IMG/VR virus record: IMGVR_UViG_2541047295_000015
Coordinates: 1 to 64,000 of that record
Length of the DNA stretch: 64,000 nt
Reading direction: 5' to 3' (one strand)
Source: a virus
Taxonomy: Duplodnaviria; Caudoviricetes
The position numbers and the translations under genes were made by a program. The notes under the pieces are model-generated. The model worked only from the letters and a program-made list of their open reading frames with translations. It was not told where the DNA came from and made no database searches. This document shows, one piece after another, positions 61,557 to 64,000 of this stretch (its first letter is position 1; every line of letters starts with the position of its first letter).

Positions 61557-61868
61557 ATGTTATCTAAAGAAATGATTGAATTATTAAGCCAATATGGATA
61601 TACGGCTATACTATTAACGATAGTAATGTTATGGTTTGGCAGATATTTAGAAAAGAATAGACAACTAGAGCAGGATGACAGAAAAAAGGAAAGAGCTTAT
61701 TTTTCAAGAGAAATTAAAGAGCAGAGAACTTTATTTGGTAATACAATAGATAAATTTGATGATAAATTAGATAAATTTGCAGAAGCATTAAACACTAATA
61801 ATAGTAGACTTGAAAGAGTTGAAACAGACATAACAGAAATAAAAGATAGATTAAAGGCTAGAGATTAA
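61557..61868 (+). CDS. BhlA/UviB-like holin-like protein
   Basis: One N-terminal transmembrane helix (LSQYG..A.L) followed by a coiled coil. Confidence 0.55.
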   Translation: MLSKEMIELLSQYGYTAILLTIVMLWFGRYLEKNRQLEQDDRKKERAYFSREIKEQRTLFGNTIDKFDDKLDKFAEALNTNNSRLERVETDITEIKDRLKARD

Positions 61869-61898
61869 TTTTTCTAGTCTTTTTAAGGAAGTGAGATA

Positions 61899-62837
61899 TT
61901 GACAACATTTGAAAAGAGAAGTAAAAGAATTAAAATAGATGGAGATATAAACAAAAATAATGAGAAATTAATAAAAGGATTTCTTCAAGCTAAGAAAATA
62001 GCTGGATTAAGCGAAAAAACTATCTATGTATATAGGTGTGATTTAAATACATGGTCTAGATATCTACATGATGAAATGGGTGATTTACTTATTGAAGATT
62101 GTACTGAAGACGATATAATGGAGTATATTTCATTTAGGATGGAAGATAATCATGTTAATAGAATCAAAGTAATATTCTCAGGCATTTCATCTCTATATGA
62201 CCATCTTAGAAGGAAAAGAATCGTAAAAGAAAATCCAGTATCACTAATAGAAAGACCTAAAAAAGGATTACCTGTTGTAGAAAAACATTTTTTAAATATA
62301 GAACAAGTTAAAGAACTACAAGATAAATTGTCAAAACAAGATGATTTGCAATTAGAAGTTTATATAAATTTTGCTTTGTCAACTGCTGGTAGAGTTACAG
62401 CTACAAGTAATCTGACTTGGGAAAATATAGACTTTGATAATAGAGTATGTGAGAATATCAAGGAAAAAGGTGGAAAGATAGTAGATTTTTACTTTAGTGA
62501 GAAAGTAAAAGATTTATTATTAAAACTAAAAAAACTGAGAGAAGAAGAAAATATAATAAATGATTATGTTTTTTTAGTTAGGTATGGTGGAGAATATCAT
62601 AAAGCTACATCAGATGTATTAAGAAGTTGGGCTAAGAAGGCTGGTAAATTAATATATATAGATAATTTAGCACCTCACTCATTAAGACGAAGTTTTGCAA
62701 CTATAGCTAAAGCTAATAACTTACCACTTGAAGATATCTCAACTATCCTGAATCATGAATCCACTGATACAACTAAGATATATATAAAAGAAGATAAATG
62801 TAAAATTTCTAAATCTAAAGATTTAATAGGACTATAA
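61899..62837 (+). CDS. Tyrosine recombinase (XerC/D-like)
   Basis: STAGRV, EKGGK, HSLRR, LNH...TKIY catalytic residues. Confidence 0.9.
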   Translation: MTTFEKRSKRIKIDGDINKNNEKLIKGFLQAKKIAGLSEKTIYVYRCDLNTWSRYLHDEMGDLLIEDCTEDDIMEYISFRMEDNHVNRIKVIFSGISSLYDHLRRKRIVKENPVSLIERPKKGLPVVEKHFLNIEQVKELQDKLSKQDDLQLEVYINFALSTAGRVTATSNLTWENIDFDNRVCENIKEKGGKIVDFYFSEKVKDLLLKLKKLREEENIINDYVFLVRYGGEYHKATSDVLRSWAKKAGKLIYIDNLAPHSLRRSFATIAKANNLPLEDISTILNHESTDTTKIYIKEDKCKISKSKDLIGL

Positions 62838-62897
62838 AATTAAAAAGAAGTGATATTATGGCATGTAAAGGTAAGAAAAAAGGAAATAGATAATAAT

Positions 62898-62952
62898 AAG
62901 CCCTCTAGGGATTACTCTTAATTGAGTTTTCTTTAGAGGGCTTTATTTTTTT
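62898..62952 (+). terminator. Intrinsic terminator
   Basis: aagccctcta...tagagggctt plus T-run. Confidence 0.75.
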
Positions 62953-63025
62953 GTCCATAATGACTTTTTATGCAAATTTTCTATATTTGTAAAATTCCAT
63001 TCATTAGTATCTTACTTTATTAAAG

Positions 63026-63361
63026 TTACGTTTTTTCATTAATAATTAAACAATATTCTAAAGAACCAATAAAACTTTCTATAGAATTAGAGTGTACTTC
63101 TTCTAGAAATCTTTTGGTTTCAAATGCTTTATATTCTCTTTCTGTTATAAGTATTGTGTAATGAGTATATTTCTCTATTTTTTCTGCATCCAAAAAATTC
63201 TTTTTAACTAGTCGCGATAAAAGTGTTAGAGTTGTCGTTGCCTTCCAGCCCCATGCAAATTCCATAGCATTGATAACTTCTTTAGATATTACTATATCAT
63301 TTATGTGCCAAATAAACTTCATAACTTTCAATTCCGCTTTTGGTATGTTTTGTATTAACAT
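63026..63361 (-). CDS. BlaI/MecI/CopY family repressor
   Basis: AELKVMKFIW...W..TT..TLLSRLVKK.FL. Confidence 0.85.
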   Translation of the reverse strand: MLIQNIPKAELKVMKFIWHINDIVISKEVINAMEFAWGWKATTTLTLLSRLVKKNFLDAEKIEKYTHYTILITEREYKAFETKRFLEEVHSNSIESFIGSLEYCLIINEKT

Positions 63362-63562
63362 ATGAACAACCCTTTCTAATTCAAAATAAGTAACAATTAG
63401 ATTTTTAATTCCCTTACAGACAAATTCTTATGAGATTAGCTATCTTATTTGCAAAAATTATTTTAGACTTAAATGCTCTATATAAATTATTCATGTATAT
63501 AGATTATTATATTATACTGTGCAAATGGTTACAATATAAAAAACAGAAAGGAGAGTATAATT

Positions 63563-63925
63563 ATGGATGTAGATTATAAAGCATTAGGAAAAAGAATCAA
63601 AATTGCAAGAATTAAAAATGGGATAACTCAAGAATCTGTTGCTGAGGAAATAGATATAACCCCATCTCATATGAGCAATATCGAAACTGGAAAAACAAAG
63701 GTAAGTTTGTCTGTGTTAGTTAATATTGCTAATGCTCTTTCTGTTACGATAGATGAATTGTTATGTGATAATGTATTAAATTCTAAAATTATATTTGAGG
63801 GAGAAGCTAAAGAAATTTTTAATGATTGTGATGAGTATGAAGTTAGAATACTTGTTGATGTTTTAAAGTATATGAAAGAAGCTATGCGTAAAGATAGAGA
63901 AATAAGAAATCGATTTGATATGTAA
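63563..63925 (+). CDS. XRE family transcriptional regulator
   Basis: LGKRIKIARIKNGITQESVAE...SNIETGKTKVSL. Confidence 0.85.
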   Translation: MDVDYKALGKRIKIARIKNGITQESVAEEIDITPSHMSNIETGKTKVSLSVLVNIANALSVTIDELLCDNVLNSKIIFEGEAKEIFNDCDEYEVRILVDVLKYMKEAMRKDREIRNRFDM

Positions 63926-64000
63926 AACCCAGATTTTTTAGTTAAGTATATCAAGATTATATATTACAGTTTCAAAAATAGAAAACATATTAAAATTCTA

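Noticed and set aside
367-63954. Numerous short minus-strand ORFs inside long plus-strand genes (e.g. 2060-2362, 32097-32537, 41128-41412)
   Set aside because: Shadow ORFs antisense to well-supported genes, with no RBS or recognisable motifs
1-64000. CRISPR array, tRNA or rRNA genes
   Set aside because: No regularly spaced identical repeats or cloverleaf/rRNA-like sequence seen; the repeats found are coding or dispersed

Overview
AT-rich window from the late (morphogenesis and lysis) region of a large temperate Clostridium-type siphophage, most likely a Clostridioides difficile phiCD211/phiCDIF1296T-like prophage. That assignment is inferred from gene content (CWB2 protein, CD27L-type endolysin, diffocin-like receptor-binding protein) and no search was run. 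Order: the 3' end of a TnpB element ending in TTCAG, in frame with the rest of the terminase large subunit (IStron-like); portal, protease/scaffold, capsid, neck and tail genes (to 12.5 kb); a 14.5 kb accessory island (envelope proteins, a CWB2 protein, an XRE-TPR regulator facing an antirepressor, an ATPase plus nuclease pair, a free-standing zinc-ribbon endonuclease); the tape measure gene; a type I toxin-antitoxin module; tail tip genes and a tandem series of fibre/receptor-binding cassettes; lysis genes; a tyrosine recombinase and two regulators. Main finding: the tape measure gene is split by three ORF-less group I introns packed into about 1 kb and separated by 27-nt and 141-nt exons, and splicing all three restores one continuous reading frame. 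Other highlights are a 1,729-aa RCC1-repeat protein resembling the diffocin (R-type tailocin) receptor-binding protein, a possible decayed diversity-generating retroelement behind a lectin-fold fibre gene, a candidate two-gene anti-phage system, and a candidate antisense RNA over the antirepressor leader.
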